DNA of 62,713 bases, filler included. It is 4 parts of 4 records of this genome, joined end to end, with 100 filler letters (N's around TTAATTAATTAA, not from the genome) between each part and the next. Parts side by side here need not be neighbours in the genome. Positions count along the whole stretch, not along the records: positions 1 to 28,801 come from SRR20825010_4761; 3 more parts are not named here. The stretch is one strand, 5' to 3'. Below the pieces are notes generated by a model. That model worked only from the letters and a program-made list of their open reading frames with translations. It was not told the origin of the DNA and ran no database searches. Of this stretch, positions 1 to 9,693 are shown piece after piece. Each line of letters starts with the position of its first letter. Position 1 is the first letter of the stretch. Both the position numbers and the translations under genes were made by a program.

Positions 1-317
1 ACTTCCTCGACGTGGGCGGTGGTGCTACCAAAGAGCGCGTTACTGAAGCGTTCAAGATCATCCTTTCTGATGATCAGGTGAAGGGCGTTCTGGTGAACAT
101 CTTCGGCGGTATTGTCCGTTGCGACCTGATTGCCGAAGGCATTATTGGTGCCGTGGAAGAAGTAGGCGTGACCGTCCCGGTTGTGGTTCGTCTGGAAGGT
201 AACAATGCGGAGCTGGGTTCCCAGAAGCTGGCAGAAAGCGGCATGAACATCATTGCCGCACAAAGTTTTGATGATGCTGCCGAACAGGTAGTGAAAGCAG
301 TGGGAGGTGCCGCATGA
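1..317 (+). CDS. sucC: Succinyl-CoA synthetase beta subunit, 3' part (5' truncated by window edge)
   Basis: [19 protein letters not shown] and VVRLEGNN motifs; stop overlaps the sucD start (ATGA). Confidence 0.97.
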   Translation, partial: FLDVGGGATKERVTEAFKIILSDDQVKGVLVNIFGGIVRCDLIAEGIIGAVEEVGVTVPVVVRLEGNNAELGSQKLAESGMNIIAAQSFDDAAEQVVKAVGGAA

Positions 318-1189
318 GCGTATTGATCGACAAAAACACCAAGGTTATCTGCCAGGGCTTCACCGGCAGCCAGGGCACACTCCACTCTGAACAGGCCATT
401 GAGTACGGTACTCAGATGGTGGGCGGTGTCACTCCGGGTAAAGGCGGCCAGACGCACCTGGGCCTGCCGGTATTCAACACCGTGGCAGAAGCCGTGGCTG
501 AAACCGGCGCCACCGCCAGCGTGATTTATGTACCCGCACCGTTCTGCAAGGATTCCATTCTGGAAGCCGCAGACGCCGGCATTGAGCTGATCGTCTGCAT
601 TACCGAAGGCGTTCCTGCACTGGATATGCTTTTCGTCAAAGAGTATATCTCCCGCATGGACGGTGTTCGTCTGATCGGTCCGAACTGCCCGGGGGTAATT
701 ACTCCGGGTGAGTGCAAGATCGGCATCATGCCGGGCCATATCCACAAGCCTGGCAAGGTAGGCATCGTGTCTCGTTCCGGTACCCTGACCTATGAAGCGG
801 TTAACCAAACCACCAAGTTGGGCTTTGGGCAGTCTTCCTGTATTGGTATCGGTGGAGACCCGATTCCGGGCATGACATTCATTGATGCGCTGGAATTGTT
901 CCAGAATGACCCGCAGACCGAAGCCATCGTGATGGTGGGTGAGATCGGCGGTACCGCAGAAGATGAAGCCGCGGCTTATATCAAGGAGAACGTCACCAAG
1001 CCGGTGGTGAGCTACATCGCGGGCGTAACGGCTCCGGCGGGCAAACGCATGGGGCACGCTGGCGCCATCATTGCCGGCGGTAAAGGGACAGCAGATGAAA
1101 AGTTTGCGGTTCTGGAAGCGGCGGGTGTGAAGACCGTGCGCAACCCGGCAGAAATCGGCAAAGCCGTGAAAGAAGCGACTGGCTGGTAA
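314..1189 (+). CDS. sucD: Succinyl-CoA synthetase alpha subunit
   Basis: [20 protein letters not shown] and the phospho-His motif MGHAGA. Confidence 0.98.
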   Translation: MSVLIDKNTKVICQGFTGSQGTLHSEQAIEYGTQMVGGVTPGKGGQTHLGLPVFNTVAEAVAETGATASVIYVPAPFCKDSILEAADAGIELIVCITEGVPALDMLFVKEYISRMDGVRLIGPNCPGVITPGECKIGIMPGHIHKPGKVGIVSRSGTLTYEAVNQTTKLGFGQSSCIGIGGDPIPGMTFIDALELFQNDPQTEAIVMVGEIGGTAEDEAAAYIKENVTKPVVSYIAGVTAPAGKRMGHAGAIIAGGKGTADEKFAVLEAAGVKTVRNPAEIGKAVKEATGW

Positions 1190-1207
1190 AACCGCCGTTA
1201 GCGATAC

Positions 1208-1237
1208 AAAAAAGGCCGGCATTTGCCGGCCTTTTTT
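1208..1237. terminator. Bidirectional intrinsic terminator
   Basis: AAAAAA-GGCCGGCA-TT-TGCCGGCC-TTTTTT between convergent genes. Confidence 0.9.
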
Positions 1238-1243
1238 GTGGGC

Positions 1244-1480
1244 TTAGTGGAGGAGGTCGTCGTCCAGGTCAAAGGACTCGTATTCATTGAGTTCCTTTTT
1301 CAGGCGGCGCTCTTCCAGCCGATCTTCGATGCGATGGCGCATGTCCATATTGAAGGAGCGGCTGCGAGCACTACGCTCTTCCTGCTCTTCCTCATCCACA
1401 TTGTCATCCAGGATATCGAAATCTTCGTTCATCAGCAGATCTTCCGAATCAAGGTCTTGCTCATTACGATGGTTACTCAT
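1244..1480 (-). CDS. Small acidic protein, PA3496-like family (78 aa)
   Basis: GGAGG RBS before the ATG at 1480; acidic N-terminus then RHRIEDRLEERRLKKEL; family assignment from recall. Confidence 0.7.
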   Translation of the reverse strand: MSNHRNEQDLDSEDLLMNEDFDILDDNVDEEEQEERSARSRSFNMDMRHRIEDRLEERRLKKELNEYESFDLDDDLLH

Positions 1481-1693
1481 GGTGGCCTCCTTTCTGACCT
1501 CCTTAAACAACCTGTTACAAGGGCCCATCAGGTCCGGATTCCCAGTTTCCCGATGTCCTCAGCGCCTGTATATCCTCTGACTTTCAGCCTTACAAGTTTT
1601 TTTTTATTTTCAATGATGAGTGGCGCTGAATGTCCAGGTAGAAGGTCTGCGTAATGATGAATAACCGCTTGCAGCGGGCGGTTGAGGAAGGCT

Positions 1694-1715
1694 AAATGTG
1701 ATGCATATCATGCCC
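1694..1715. promoter_or_regulatory. Possible CRP/Vfr-like site
   Basis: AAATGTGA-TGCATA-TCATG in a divergent intergenic region; the right half-site is only a 3/5 match. Confidence 0.3.
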
Positions 1716-1832
1716 TTCACTCTAATAGAAAAATCAGTAACTTAAGTGCTGGAATGCCCGTAAAAGGCTTTGTAAAGTGGGGGATGTTCGCCGGTTATCG
1801 GTAGGGCGACGACCCATGGAGAGAATAAGAAT

Positions 1833-3449
1833 ATGGCAGAACTGCTAATTATTGTTGGGGTAAGCGCACTCATCATCACCACGCTGGGGCTGATGCATGA
1901 AGCCGGTAGCCGGGGCCACAGCTCGCTTTTTTTTCTGGTGCCGCTGGTAAGCCTGGGGCAGGTGCAAAGCCATTGGGAATATTATCGCTGGTGGGCGCTG
2001 GGCCGTGTGGCAGCGGTGCTGACCACTGCGGTGGGCATAGGCCTGTTCGTGGTTACAGGCGGGAGCCTGGCAGGCGACGTTTCTGCGCAGCCGGTCTCCA
2101 GCCAGAGCGGTCAGGTACTGCGTGGTGAGAAAAAAGCCAGCAGCACGGCTTTTGTTTCTTCGGAAGAGTCCGCTCTGCTGGTCGTCGCAGGGCAGGGTAA
2201 GCGCCTGACCGGGCGTTTGCACGGTGAGACATTCCGCTACGACCGTGTTGCTCTCATTGATGGGGTATTAACCCTGAGCCAGGGCGAAGGCTTTCTGGCC
2301 GATCTGGAAGTGCGCGTTCTGCTGGGCTGGAACCCGGAAGACATTAGCGAGCGCAGAACGTTGATTGTGGGCCCGTCTGATGAGGATGGCCCTGTGGTGC
2401 ATCTGTCCTGGAAGCCGGAGAGCCAGGATTACCCTGAGACCCGTATTTTCGACGGCGGTTATCGTATGGAGCTGGCGCTGGCACCGCTGGATACCGGGCA
2501 GCTTTCCGGTTCCCTTGTGTTGGTCATGCCGGACAGTTTCAAAAGTTATTTGACCGGGGACTTCACCGCCCATACCAATCATCTGCGTTACCGTAACGGC
2601 CAGGTCGACCTGTACTTTGATCACGAAGATACCCTGGCCCATGTGGCGGAGGAATTTCTGCGAACCCAGTTTCCAGAAGGCGCCGTAAGCACGATTGAGG
2701 CCCGACATGTGACCCTGCGCCGAACGGAAAACAGCGGCCAGGTCATGGCTGTGGTGGAATTGAGTAATGGTGCCGTGCAGGAACGCACGGTACGCCTGGA
2801 AAAGAGTGATGTGGGCTGGGCTGTGGTTGCTGGTTCCATGGAAACCCGTGTTACCAGCGCAGCAAAAGAGGGTGGGCTGGAGCTGGTGACGCCGAGCGCC
2901 GAGAAGCCGGCTGAACCAGAACGGGCTGGGCCAGAACCGATTACGCAGACGTTCCCGGAACTGGTGGCGTACGAAAACCAGTCGGTGGTGCTGGAAACCA
3001 TCGGAGGGCGGACTCTGGAGGGCGTCTTGCGCAAGGTGGGTGGCGATCGCCTGTGGCTGGTAATGAATGTGGGTAGTGGCAATGTGGAGCGCAGCGTGGG
3101 GGCGGATGAATTACAGTCCCTGATTCTGTCCTCCGGTCAGAAAGTGGTGCTGACGGCGCCTGAGGGTGATCAGCCGGAGGCCGCTGAGATTGAGCCGGCA
3201 GAGCCAGCGCCTGCCCCGAGTCATACCGCAGAGACCGTGCCCGCTGAACAAACTCCGGCTGCGAGCAGTGAACTCAAGGCTCTGGTAGGGAAAAACGTGA
3301 CGATTGAGGCCAATGAGGGGCCTCGGCGCACCGGAATTTTGCAGGCAGTGGCCGACGATCACCTGACCTTGAGTGTCCCGTTGGGCGCGGGCAATATGGA
3401 GTACTTCTACGATATCGACAGTATTCGCCACATAGAGGCTGCCCGTTGA
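1833..3449 (+). CDS. Membrane-anchored hypothetical protein with a duplicated C-terminal beta-rich domain
   Basis: 538-aa ORF; hydrophobic N-terminal segments; two similar ~55-aa modules separated by Pro/Ala/Glu linkers. Confidence 0.8.
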   Translation: MAELLIIVGVSALIITTLGLMHEAGSRGHSSLFFLVPLVSLGQVQSHWEYYRWWALGRVAAVLTTAVGIGLFVVTGGSLAGDVSAQPVSSQSGQVLRGEKKASSTAFVSSEESALLVVAGQGKRLTGRLHGETFRYDRVALIDGVLTLSQGEGFLADLEVRVLLGWNPEDISERRTLIVGPSDEDGPVVHLSWKPESQDYPETRIFDGGYRMELALAPLDTGQLSGSLVLVMPDSFKSYLTGDFTAHTNHLRYRNGQVDLYFDHEDTLAHVAEEFLRTQFPEGAVSTIEARHVTLRRTENSGQVMAVVELSNGAVQERTVRLEKSDVGWAVVAGSMETRVTSAAKEGGLELVTPSAEKPAEPERAGPEPITQTFPELVAYENQSVVLETIGGRTLEGVLRKVGGDRLWLVMNVGSGNVERSVGADELQSLILSSGQKVVLTAPEGDQPEAAEIEPAEPAPAPSHTAETVPAEQTPAASSELKALVGKNVTIEANEGPRRTGILQAVADDHLTLSVPLGAGNMEYFYDIDSIRHIEAAR

Positions 3450-4348
3450 AGGTACTGATAACCGGTGGCAGTGGGTTCATTGGCCAGCATCTTTGCCGGC
3501 GACTGGCTGCCCACGGCCACGAGCTGACCGTTCTCACCCGAAAACCCCGCAAAGCCGCGCGCGTGCTGCCGGAAGGGGCGCGCCTGGTTACCTCTCTGGA
3601 TGACATAGAGAACGATGCAGCGATTGACGGTATCGTGAACCTGGCTGGCGAAAGCCTGTTTGCCGGCCGCTGGACTGAACGGCGCAAGAAAACGCTGTTT
3701 GCCTCGCGGGTCGGCGTCACTGAAAGCGTGGTGGGGCTGGTGTCCCGGCTGGATCGTAAACCGGCGGTGCTGGTTTCCGGATCAGCGGTTGGGTTTTATG
3801 GCAACGCGGACAACGCTGAACTGTCTGAAGAAAGCCCGGCGCGCAGGCGTGATTTCGGTTATTTGCTTTGTGACGCCTGGGAGCAGGCCGCCAGGCCGGT
3901 ATCGCGCCAGGGAGTAAGGTTATGCCTGGTGCGCACGGGTATCGTGCTGGGTAGCGATGGCGGCATGTTGAGCAAGTTGCTCCCGGTGTATCGGCTTGGG
4001 CTTGGCGCCATGCTCGGTGATGGTAACCAGTGGCTGAGCTGGGTGCATATTGACGACATGGTGGCGGTGCTGGTGCGGGCGCTGGAAACCCCGGGCGTGG
4101 ACGGTGTGTTTAACGCCTGTGCGCCGGCGCCGGTGACTCAGCGCGAGTTCCACCACAGCCTTGCCCGAAAAGTGAAGCGCCCGGCACTGCTGCGTGTGCC
4201 ATCCGCTGCCCTCAAGGCGGGCTTAGGCGAGCAATCTGCCATGCTGATCGGCGGGCAGCGGGTTTATCCCCGCCGTCTGGAGCAGCAGGGCTTCATTTTC
4301 CGATTTCCGGACCTGGACTCCGCCCTGTCTCATCTAGTCAGGCGCTGA
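3446..4348 (+). CDS. TIGR01777-family (YfcH-like) NAD-dependent epimerase/oxidoreductase
   Basis: ITGGSGFIG, NLAGE, SGSAVGFYG, RTGIVL and SWVHIDD motifs. Confidence 0.92.
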   Translation: MKVLITGGSGFIGQHLCRRLAAHGHELTVLTRKPRKAARVLPEGARLVTSLDDIENDAAIDGIVNLAGESLFAGRWTERRKKTLFASRVGVTESVVGLVSRLDRKPAVLVSGSAVGFYGNADNAELSEESPARRRDFGYLLCDAWEQAARPVSRQGVRLCLVRTGIVLGSDGGMLSKLLPVYRLGLGAMLGDGNQWLSWVHIDDMVAVLVRALETPGVDGVFNACAPAPVTQREFHHSLARKVKRPALLRVPSAALKAGLGEQSAMLIGGQRVYPRRLEQQGFIFRFPDLDSALSHLVRR

Positions 4349-4424
4349 TCTGACGCAAGCCGGCCCGCCGGTTATCTGTATAGTTTCAGGCAGGTAACCG
4401 GGCAGATAGCCCGGACATGCCCCC

Positions 4425-4453
4425 CTTGAAAAAAAAACGGTTTGCCCCTATCT
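4425..4453 (+). promoter_or_regulatory. Sigma-32 (RpoH) heat-shock promoter of htpG
   Basis: CTTGAAA (-35) and CCCCTATCT (-10) upstream of a canonical RpoH-regulon gene. Confidence 0.8.
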
Positions 4454-4489
4454 GTACCTCAACATTACCCGAAGGTTCAGGAGTTAATC

Positions 4490-6340
4490 GTGTCAGCAGA
4501 AAAACAGACCCATGGGTTTCAGGCGGAAGTCTCCCGCCTTCTTCACTTGATGATTCATTCCCTTTACAGCAACCGTGAAATCTTTTTGCGGGAGTTGATA
4601 TCCAATGCGTCGGATGCGTGCGACAAGTTACGTTTCCAGGCGCTGGATAATCCTGCGCTGCTGGAGCAGGGTGATGAACCCCGTATTACCCTGCAAGTGG
4701 ACAAGGATGCGGGCACGCTGACCATTACCGACAACGGTATTGGCATGGGCCAGGATGAGGTAGTGGATAACCTGGGCACGATTGCCCGCTCCGGGACGGA
4801 AAAATTCCTCGCCAACTTGAGCGGTGATCAGAAGAAAGACGCTCAGCTGATCGGTCAATTCGGTGTGGGGTTTTATTCGGCGTTTATCGTGGCTGACACC
4901 GTCACCGTGGAAACCCGCAAGGCCGGAGAAGCGGCGGCCGACGGGGTGCGTTGGGAAAGTGACGGGAAAGGTGAGTTTTCCGTGGAGCCGCTAACCCGTG
5001 ATGAATCCGGCACAGCGGTGATTCTGCATCTGCGTGACGACGCCCGTGATTTTCTTGATGATTTTAAAATTCGCCAGGTGATTGGCCAGTATTCAGACCA
5101 CGTGGCTTTCCCGATTGTGTTGGTGACAGCCCCGGACGGTGACGACGAGGCCAAGGAGGAAACGCTGAATTCCGCCACCGCGCTTTGGCAGCGGCCGCGA
5201 AGCGAAGTCACGGATGAGGAATACCAGAACTTTTACAAGCACATCAGCCATGACTTTCAGGACGCACTGACCTGGAGTCATAACAAGGTGGAAGGCAAGC
5301 TGGAGTACACCAGCCTGCTTTATATTCCGGCCCGGGCGCCGTTTGATCTGTACCAGCGTGAAGCCAATCGGGGCCTGAAATTGTACGTCCAGCGCGTTTT
5401 CATCATGGATGATGCGGAACAATTCCTGCCCCAGTACCTGCGCTTCATCAAGGGGGTGATTGATGCCCCGGATCTGCCCCTGAATGTGAGCCGCGAGTTG
5501 CTGCAGGATTATGGCCCGGTACAGAAGATTCGAGCCGCGCTGACCAAGCGTGTGCTGCAGATGTTGAAGAAACTCAGCAATGATGATGAACAGTACGCCA
5601 CCTTCTGGGCGCAGTTTGGCCAGGTGATCAAGGAAGGGGTGGCCGAAGATCGTGACAACCAGCAGGCCATTGCTGCCTTGCTGCGCTTTGCCACAAGTAG
5701 TAGCCCGGATTCGGTGACTACCTCACTGGATCAATATCTGGATAACAAACCTGCAGAGCAGGACAGCATCTACTACCTGCTGGCGGACACCCCGTCAGCC
5801 GCGCGACAAAGCCCGCACCTGGAAGTGTTCCGCAAAAAAGGCATTGAAGTCTTGCTGCTCAGTGATCCGGTTGATGAGTGGATGGTGGGCTATCTGGAAA
5901 GCTACAAGGATGTGAAGTTGGTCAATGCTGCCCGTGGTGAGCTAGACCTGGGCGATGATGAACAGGCGAATAACGATGATCCGCTGATTCAACGTCTGTC
6001 TGGCAGCTTGAGCGAGCATGTGGAAGCGGTGCGTGCGACGACGCGTCTGGTGGATTCCCCGGCCTGCCTGGTTCTGGCAGAAGACCAGCTTGGCCCGCAG
6101 ATGCGCCGTATGCTGGAAGCTGCCGGCCAGCCTGTCCCGGAGAACAAGCCGGTACTGGAGGTAAACCTGAGCCACGATCTGTTGGCCAAACTGAGCAGCA
6201 TCGATGCGGGGGAGCGCTTTGATGATCTGGCTGCACTGTTGCTGGATCAGGCTATGTTGGCGGAAGGCCAGCTGCCAAAGGACCCGGCGGCAACCGCGCG
6301 CAGAATGCATGAGATGCTGGTGAAGACAGTGAGCAATTGA
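4490..6340 (+). CDS. htpG: Molecular chaperone HtpG (Hsp90)
   Basis: YSNREIFLRELISNASDA, IGQFGVGFYS and LNVSRE motifs; GTG start at 4490 after AGGAG. Confidence 0.98.
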   Translation: MSAEKQTHGFQAEVSRLLHLMIHSLYSNREIFLRELISNASDACDKLRFQALDNPALLEQGDEPRITLQVDKDAGTLTITDNGIGMGQDEVVDNLGTIARSGTEKFLANLSGDQKKDAQLIGQFGVGFYSAFIVADTVTVETRKAGEAAADGVRWESDGKGEFSVEPLTRDESGTAVILHLRDDARDFLDDFKIRQVIGQYSDHVAFPIVLVTAPDGDDEAKEETLNSATALWQRPRSEVTDEEYQNFYKHISHDFQDALTWSHNKVEGKLEYTSLLYIPARAPFDLYQREANRGLKLYVQRVFIMDDAEQFLPQYLRFIKGVIDAPDLPLNVSRELLQDYGPVQKIRAALTKRVLQMLKKLSNDDEQYATFWAQFGQVIKEGVAEDRDNQQAIAALLRFATSSSPDSVTTSLDQYLDNKPAEQDSIYYLLADTPSAARQSPHLEVFRKKGIEVLLLSDPVDEWMVGYLESYKDVKLVNAARGELDLGDDEQANNDDPLIQRLSGSLSEHVEAVRATTRLVDSPACLVLAEDQLGPQMRRMLEAAGQPVPENKPVLEVNLSHDLLAKLSSIDAGERFDDLAALLLDQAMLAEGQLPKDPAATARRMHEMLVKTVSN

Positions 6341-6368
6341 TGGCAGACATCTGAACGCGCAAAGCTGG

Positions 6369-6404
6369 ACGGCCCCCTTTTTTCTCGAAAAGCGGGGCCG
6401 TTTT
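6369..6404 (+). terminator. Intrinsic terminator after htpG
   Basis: ACGGCCCC...GGGGCCGT stem followed by a short T tract. Confidence 0.65.
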
Positions 6405-6625
6405 CATTCATGGCGCTTTTGTTCATGGAGCGACGCTGAAAGTGACAAGGCCTTGAGCGGGCTTGCCTGACCGATCTCTCGCAGTGAGGGCCGGAAGCAG
6501 GGCGCCTGACGCGAAAGCCTGCAAAGTGGCTGGCTGGTGCCTTGATTAATCTTTCAGCGGCTCCTTAACTGTCAACTGTCCACGGCTTCAATTATGATGC
6601 CCGAAAGCGTAAACAAGGCGTTCCT

Positions 6626-7657
6626 ATGACGCAGAACAAACATAATGCCGCCATTCTCGGCGGGGGCAGTTTCGGTACTGCCATGGCCAGCATCCTTGCC
6701 GCCAACGGCCACAGCGTGAACCTGTGGGTGCGCGATCCGGAAACCGCGGCGGCAATCAATATTGACCGCGAGAACAGCCGCTACCTTCCCGGTGCCGAAT
6801 TACCGGAAGGGGTGACGGCCACTGACAACCTGGAAGAAGCCTTAACGCACGCCTCCATGGTCTTCGTGGCGATTCCCAGCAAGGCGTTTGCCGAGGTGCT
6901 GGAGCAGGCCCGTCAGTGGGTGCCGGACGATACCCTGGTGATCAGTTGTACCAAGGGGATCTATGCGGAGGGTTTCCTGCTGATGAGCGAGCTGCTGCAT
7001 CAATATTGGCCGCATACCCGTATTGGTGTGCTCAGTGGCCCCAATCTGGCCAAGGAAGTGGTGGAGCAGAAATTCACCGGTACGGTGATCGCCAGCCCCG
7101 ATGAGCAGCTGCGACAGACCGTGCAGGACGCGCTGAGCTGCGACTATTTCCGCGTATATGACAACCCGGATATTTATGGTGTCGAACTTGGCGGGGCACT
7201 AAAGAATATTTATGCGGTGGCATCAGGCATGGCCGCTGCTATCGGGGTGGGCGAGAACAGTCGCAGTTTCCTGATTACCCGTGCGCTGGCAGAAATGAGC
7301 CGCTTCGCGGTGGAGCTTGGCGCTAATCCCATGACCTTCCTGGGCCTGTCCGGAGTGGGGGATCTGATTGCTACCTGTACCTCGTCGCTGTCACGCAACT
7401 ACCAGGTGGGTTTCCAACTCGGCGAAGGCAAAAGCCTGGAGGAAGCGATTGCGCACCTTGGGCAGACCGCCGAAGGGATCAATACCATCAAACTGGTGGC
7501 TGACAAGGCAGCAGAGCTGGATGTTTACATGCCTCTGGCCACCGCGTTGTACAAGGTTGTCTATCACGGCAAGCCGCTGGAACTGGTCATCCAGAATCTG
7601 ATGAGTGGTGAGTATAAACACGATGTGGAATTTCAGCTGGGTGCATTCAGCTCATGA
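6626..7657 (+). CDS. gpsA: NAD(P)H-dependent glycerol-3-phosphate dehydrogenase
   Basis: GGGSFGTA, SGPNLA, GGALKN, GVGDLIATC and SRNY motifs. Confidence 0.97.
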   Translation: MTQNKHNAAILGGGSFGTAMASILAANGHSVNLWVRDPETAAAINIDRENSRYLPGAELPEGVTATDNLEEALTHASMVFVAIPSKAFAEVLEQARQWVPDDTLVISCTKGIYAEGFLLMSELLHQYWPHTRIGVLSGPNLAKEVVEQKFTGTVIASPDEQLRQTVQDALSCDYFRVYDNPDIYGVELGGALKNIYAVASGMAAAIGVGENSRSFLITRALAEMSRFAVELGANPMTFLGLSGVGDLIATCTSSLSRNYQVGFQLGEGKSLEEAIAHLGQTAEGINTIKLVADKAAELDVYMPLATALYKVVYHGKPLELVIQNLMSGEYKHDVEFQLGAFSS

Positions 7658-8130
7658 AACTCTACCTTAGCCGCCACGGGCAAGCCGTCTCACAGGCGGC
7701 CACGGATGCCCTGCGGCCGTTAACGGAAGCCGGGCGGGCGGCACTGCTATCGCATTGGCAATCCTTGCAAGGCCGTGGTGTCCAGATCAATGGCCTGATC
7801 GTGAGCCCGTACCTGCGTGCCCAGCAGACCGCAGATTGTATTGCCCAGGTATATAGCGGTTTATCCCGGCAGGAGTGCCCCTACCTGACGCCGGATAGCC
7901 ATCCCCAGGCCCTGTTTGACTGGCTGCTGGCTAACCCGCCAGCGCCGAATACGGTGCTGGTCAGCCATATGCCGCTGGTGTCGCAATTGACCGCCAAATG
8001 GACCGGAGTGCCAGAGCGGGTGGGCTTCAATGTGGGGACGGTTGCCTGTTTCGATGTGGATGTAACCGCCGCCGACGGGGCGCAATTGCTATGGTTATGC
8101 AGTCCTGGCGAGGAGCTCACCAGCCGTTAA
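7654..8130 (+). CDS. sixA: Phosphohistidine phosphatase SixA
   Basis: RHG motif, SPYLRAQQTA and LVSHMP; overlaps the gpsA stop. Confidence 0.88.
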   Translation: MKLYLSRHGQAVSQAATDALRPLTEAGRAALLSHWQSLQGRGVQINGLIVSPYLRAQQTADCIAQVYSGLSRQECPYLTPDSHPQALFDWLLANPPAPNTVLVSHMPLVSQLTAKWTGVPERVGFNVGTVACFDVDVTAADGAQLLWLCSPGEELTSR

Positions 8131-8217
8131 TCGGTGATTCACCACCCTTGATAGCCCCCTGTGCACCGTTCACCGATCCGGTCTTTGCAACGAGAGATTG
8201 GCGTCGTAGCCTGAATC

Positions 8218-8353
8218 TGGTGACACAACGAACGCATGGCAGACTCCTGAACCGTGTCACCGGAACCACACCTGAGGGGGGAAATCATGGTGTCTCCTTG
8301 CACCGTGAGGCTTAGGTCGAATTAAGCACCAACTATCGGTTGGTGCTTTTTTT
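8218..8353 (+). ncRNA. Candidate small regulatory RNA (~135 nt)
   Basis: TTGCAA-16nt-TAGCCT promoter (8185-8212), two stem-loop domains with CUCCU loops, and a strong intrinsic terminator. Confidence 0.5.
8324..8353 (+). terminator. Intrinsic terminator
   Basis: AAGCACCAAC-TATCG-GTTGGTGCTT followed by a T run. Confidence 0.88.
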
Positions 8354-8409
8354 ATGCCGTTCAGCGGTCCGGGATCTGAATCGTTACTGTCTGTTTTCTA
8401 CGGGGTGGT

Positions 8410-9648
8410 TCAGGGCTGCTGCGTATTCGCGGCGCTGTTTTCTATAGGGCCCCAGGCCAGTTTTTCGATGGGGTCGCCATCGGAACCCACCAGGTTGATG
8501 GTCATGGGAATACGGGCCAGAAATTCCAGCCCTTCTGTTTTTCTTAATTCTTTCAGATATTGCTTAACCCGGCCGCTGATCCAGGGGTGCAGTGTCGCCT
8601 TGATGGTGACGGCCTTGCCCCGCGCGCCCCGTTGCTGGAACCAGTCCATCAATGCGGACCGCATGACCGGAAAGTGAGCCTGGAACTGCTCAAAATCATC
8701 AGCTACCAGGTAGATGTCGTATTGGTACAGGTTGCCTCGCCAGCTCAGGCCCAGCTTGGATTCTTTCAGGCGCAACCGTGGGGCCAGTGGCGTTGCTGTG
8801 CCCTGTTCCTGGGGCCGGTAGCGGGAGCGGTCTACGGTATAGTGCCCCGGGCCGGGCTCCAGATTATCCAGTTGGGCAATCAGCGCATTGCCGCTTTCCG
8901 GGCGGTCTGCCGCGTCTTTGGCCAGTAGCTGACGGATCAATGGCTGATAGCGGCGTAATGCCACTGGCAGCAGGGGGATTGGGTCGCGCAGGTGGGCCAG
9001 GCTCATGCTGCGTGCGTCGGGGGCGCTAAACGGGGGCTTGCCCGCCAGCATTTCGTAGAACACGCAGCCCAGGGAATAGAGATCCGATTGTAGCGTGAGC
9101 GGCTGGGAGCGATGTTGCTCGGGGCTCATGTACTTGGGCGTGCCCATGATGGCATTGGACTGGGTCACGCTGGTATCGCGCAGCACGTTGGAGGCGATAC
9201 CGAAATCCACCAGCAGAGCGGAACCATCGGCGCGGAACAGCACATTATCGGGTTTGACATCGCGATGGATAAAACCGTGTTCGCCGGCATAGTTCAGCGC
9301 GCCGGCCAGCTGGCGCAGTATGCTCACGGCATGCCCCTCATCAAGTGCGTCGTCGGCGAGGCGCTGTTTGAGGCTGCCACCGGTCACGTATTCCATGGTG
9401 AGGTAATAGTAGCCCTGATGTTCCCCCACGTCGTAAACCGGCACGATATGGGGATGGTTGAGGCTGGCTACGGTGCGCGCTTCCTGCATGAAGCGCTCGG
9501 CGAAACGGGGTTCCAGCGCCAACGTCGGCGTCAAAATCTTGATGGCAACCTGCCGTTCAAAGGAGTGCTGGGTGGCAAGGAACACATGGGACATGCCGCC
9601 TTTGCCCAGCCGGCTGGTCAATCTGTATCCGGGAATTGAAATGGCCAT
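8410..9648 (-). CDS. Cytoplasmic Hanks-type Ser/Thr protein kinase with an unassigned C-terminal domain
   Basis: LGKGGMSHV, VAIK, HRDVKPDN, DFG and GTPKYMSPE motifs; no TM segment seen. Confidence 0.93.
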   Translation of the reverse strand: MAISIPGYRLTSRLGKGGMSHVFLATQHSFERQVAIKILTPTLALEPRFAERFMQEARTVASLNHPHIVPVYDVGEHQGYYYLTMEYVTGGSLKQRLADDALDEGHAVSILRQLAGALNYAGEHGFIHRDVKPDNVLFRADGSALLVDFGIASNVLRDTSVTQSNAIMGTPKYMSPEQHRSQPLTLQSDLYSLGCVFYEMLAGKPPFSAPDARSMSLAHLRDPIPLLPVALRRYQPLIRQLLAKDAADRPESGNALIAQLDNLEPGPGHYTVDRSRYRPQEQGTATPLAPRLRLKESKLGLSWRGNLYQYDIYLVADDFEQFQAHFPVMRSALMDWFQQRGARGKAVTIKATLHPWISGRVKQYLKELRKTEGLEFLARIPMTINLVGSDGDPIEKLAWGPIENSAANTQQP

Positions 9649-9693
9649 GATATTTTTTATAGGTCGTCCTGACCGTCGCAGTATAGCCGGGGG

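Noticed and set aside
74-1222. 382-aa antisense ORF over sucCD, and similar long shadow ORFs over aroC, leuC, amt and mnmE
   Set aside because: These are antisense shadows of well-conserved genes in GC-rich, codon-biased DNA, with no motifs of their own.
8197-8216. Sigma-54 promoter for the candidate sRNA (TTGGCG...)
   Set aside because: There is no GC at the required GG-N10-GC spacing; a sigma-70-like reading fits better.
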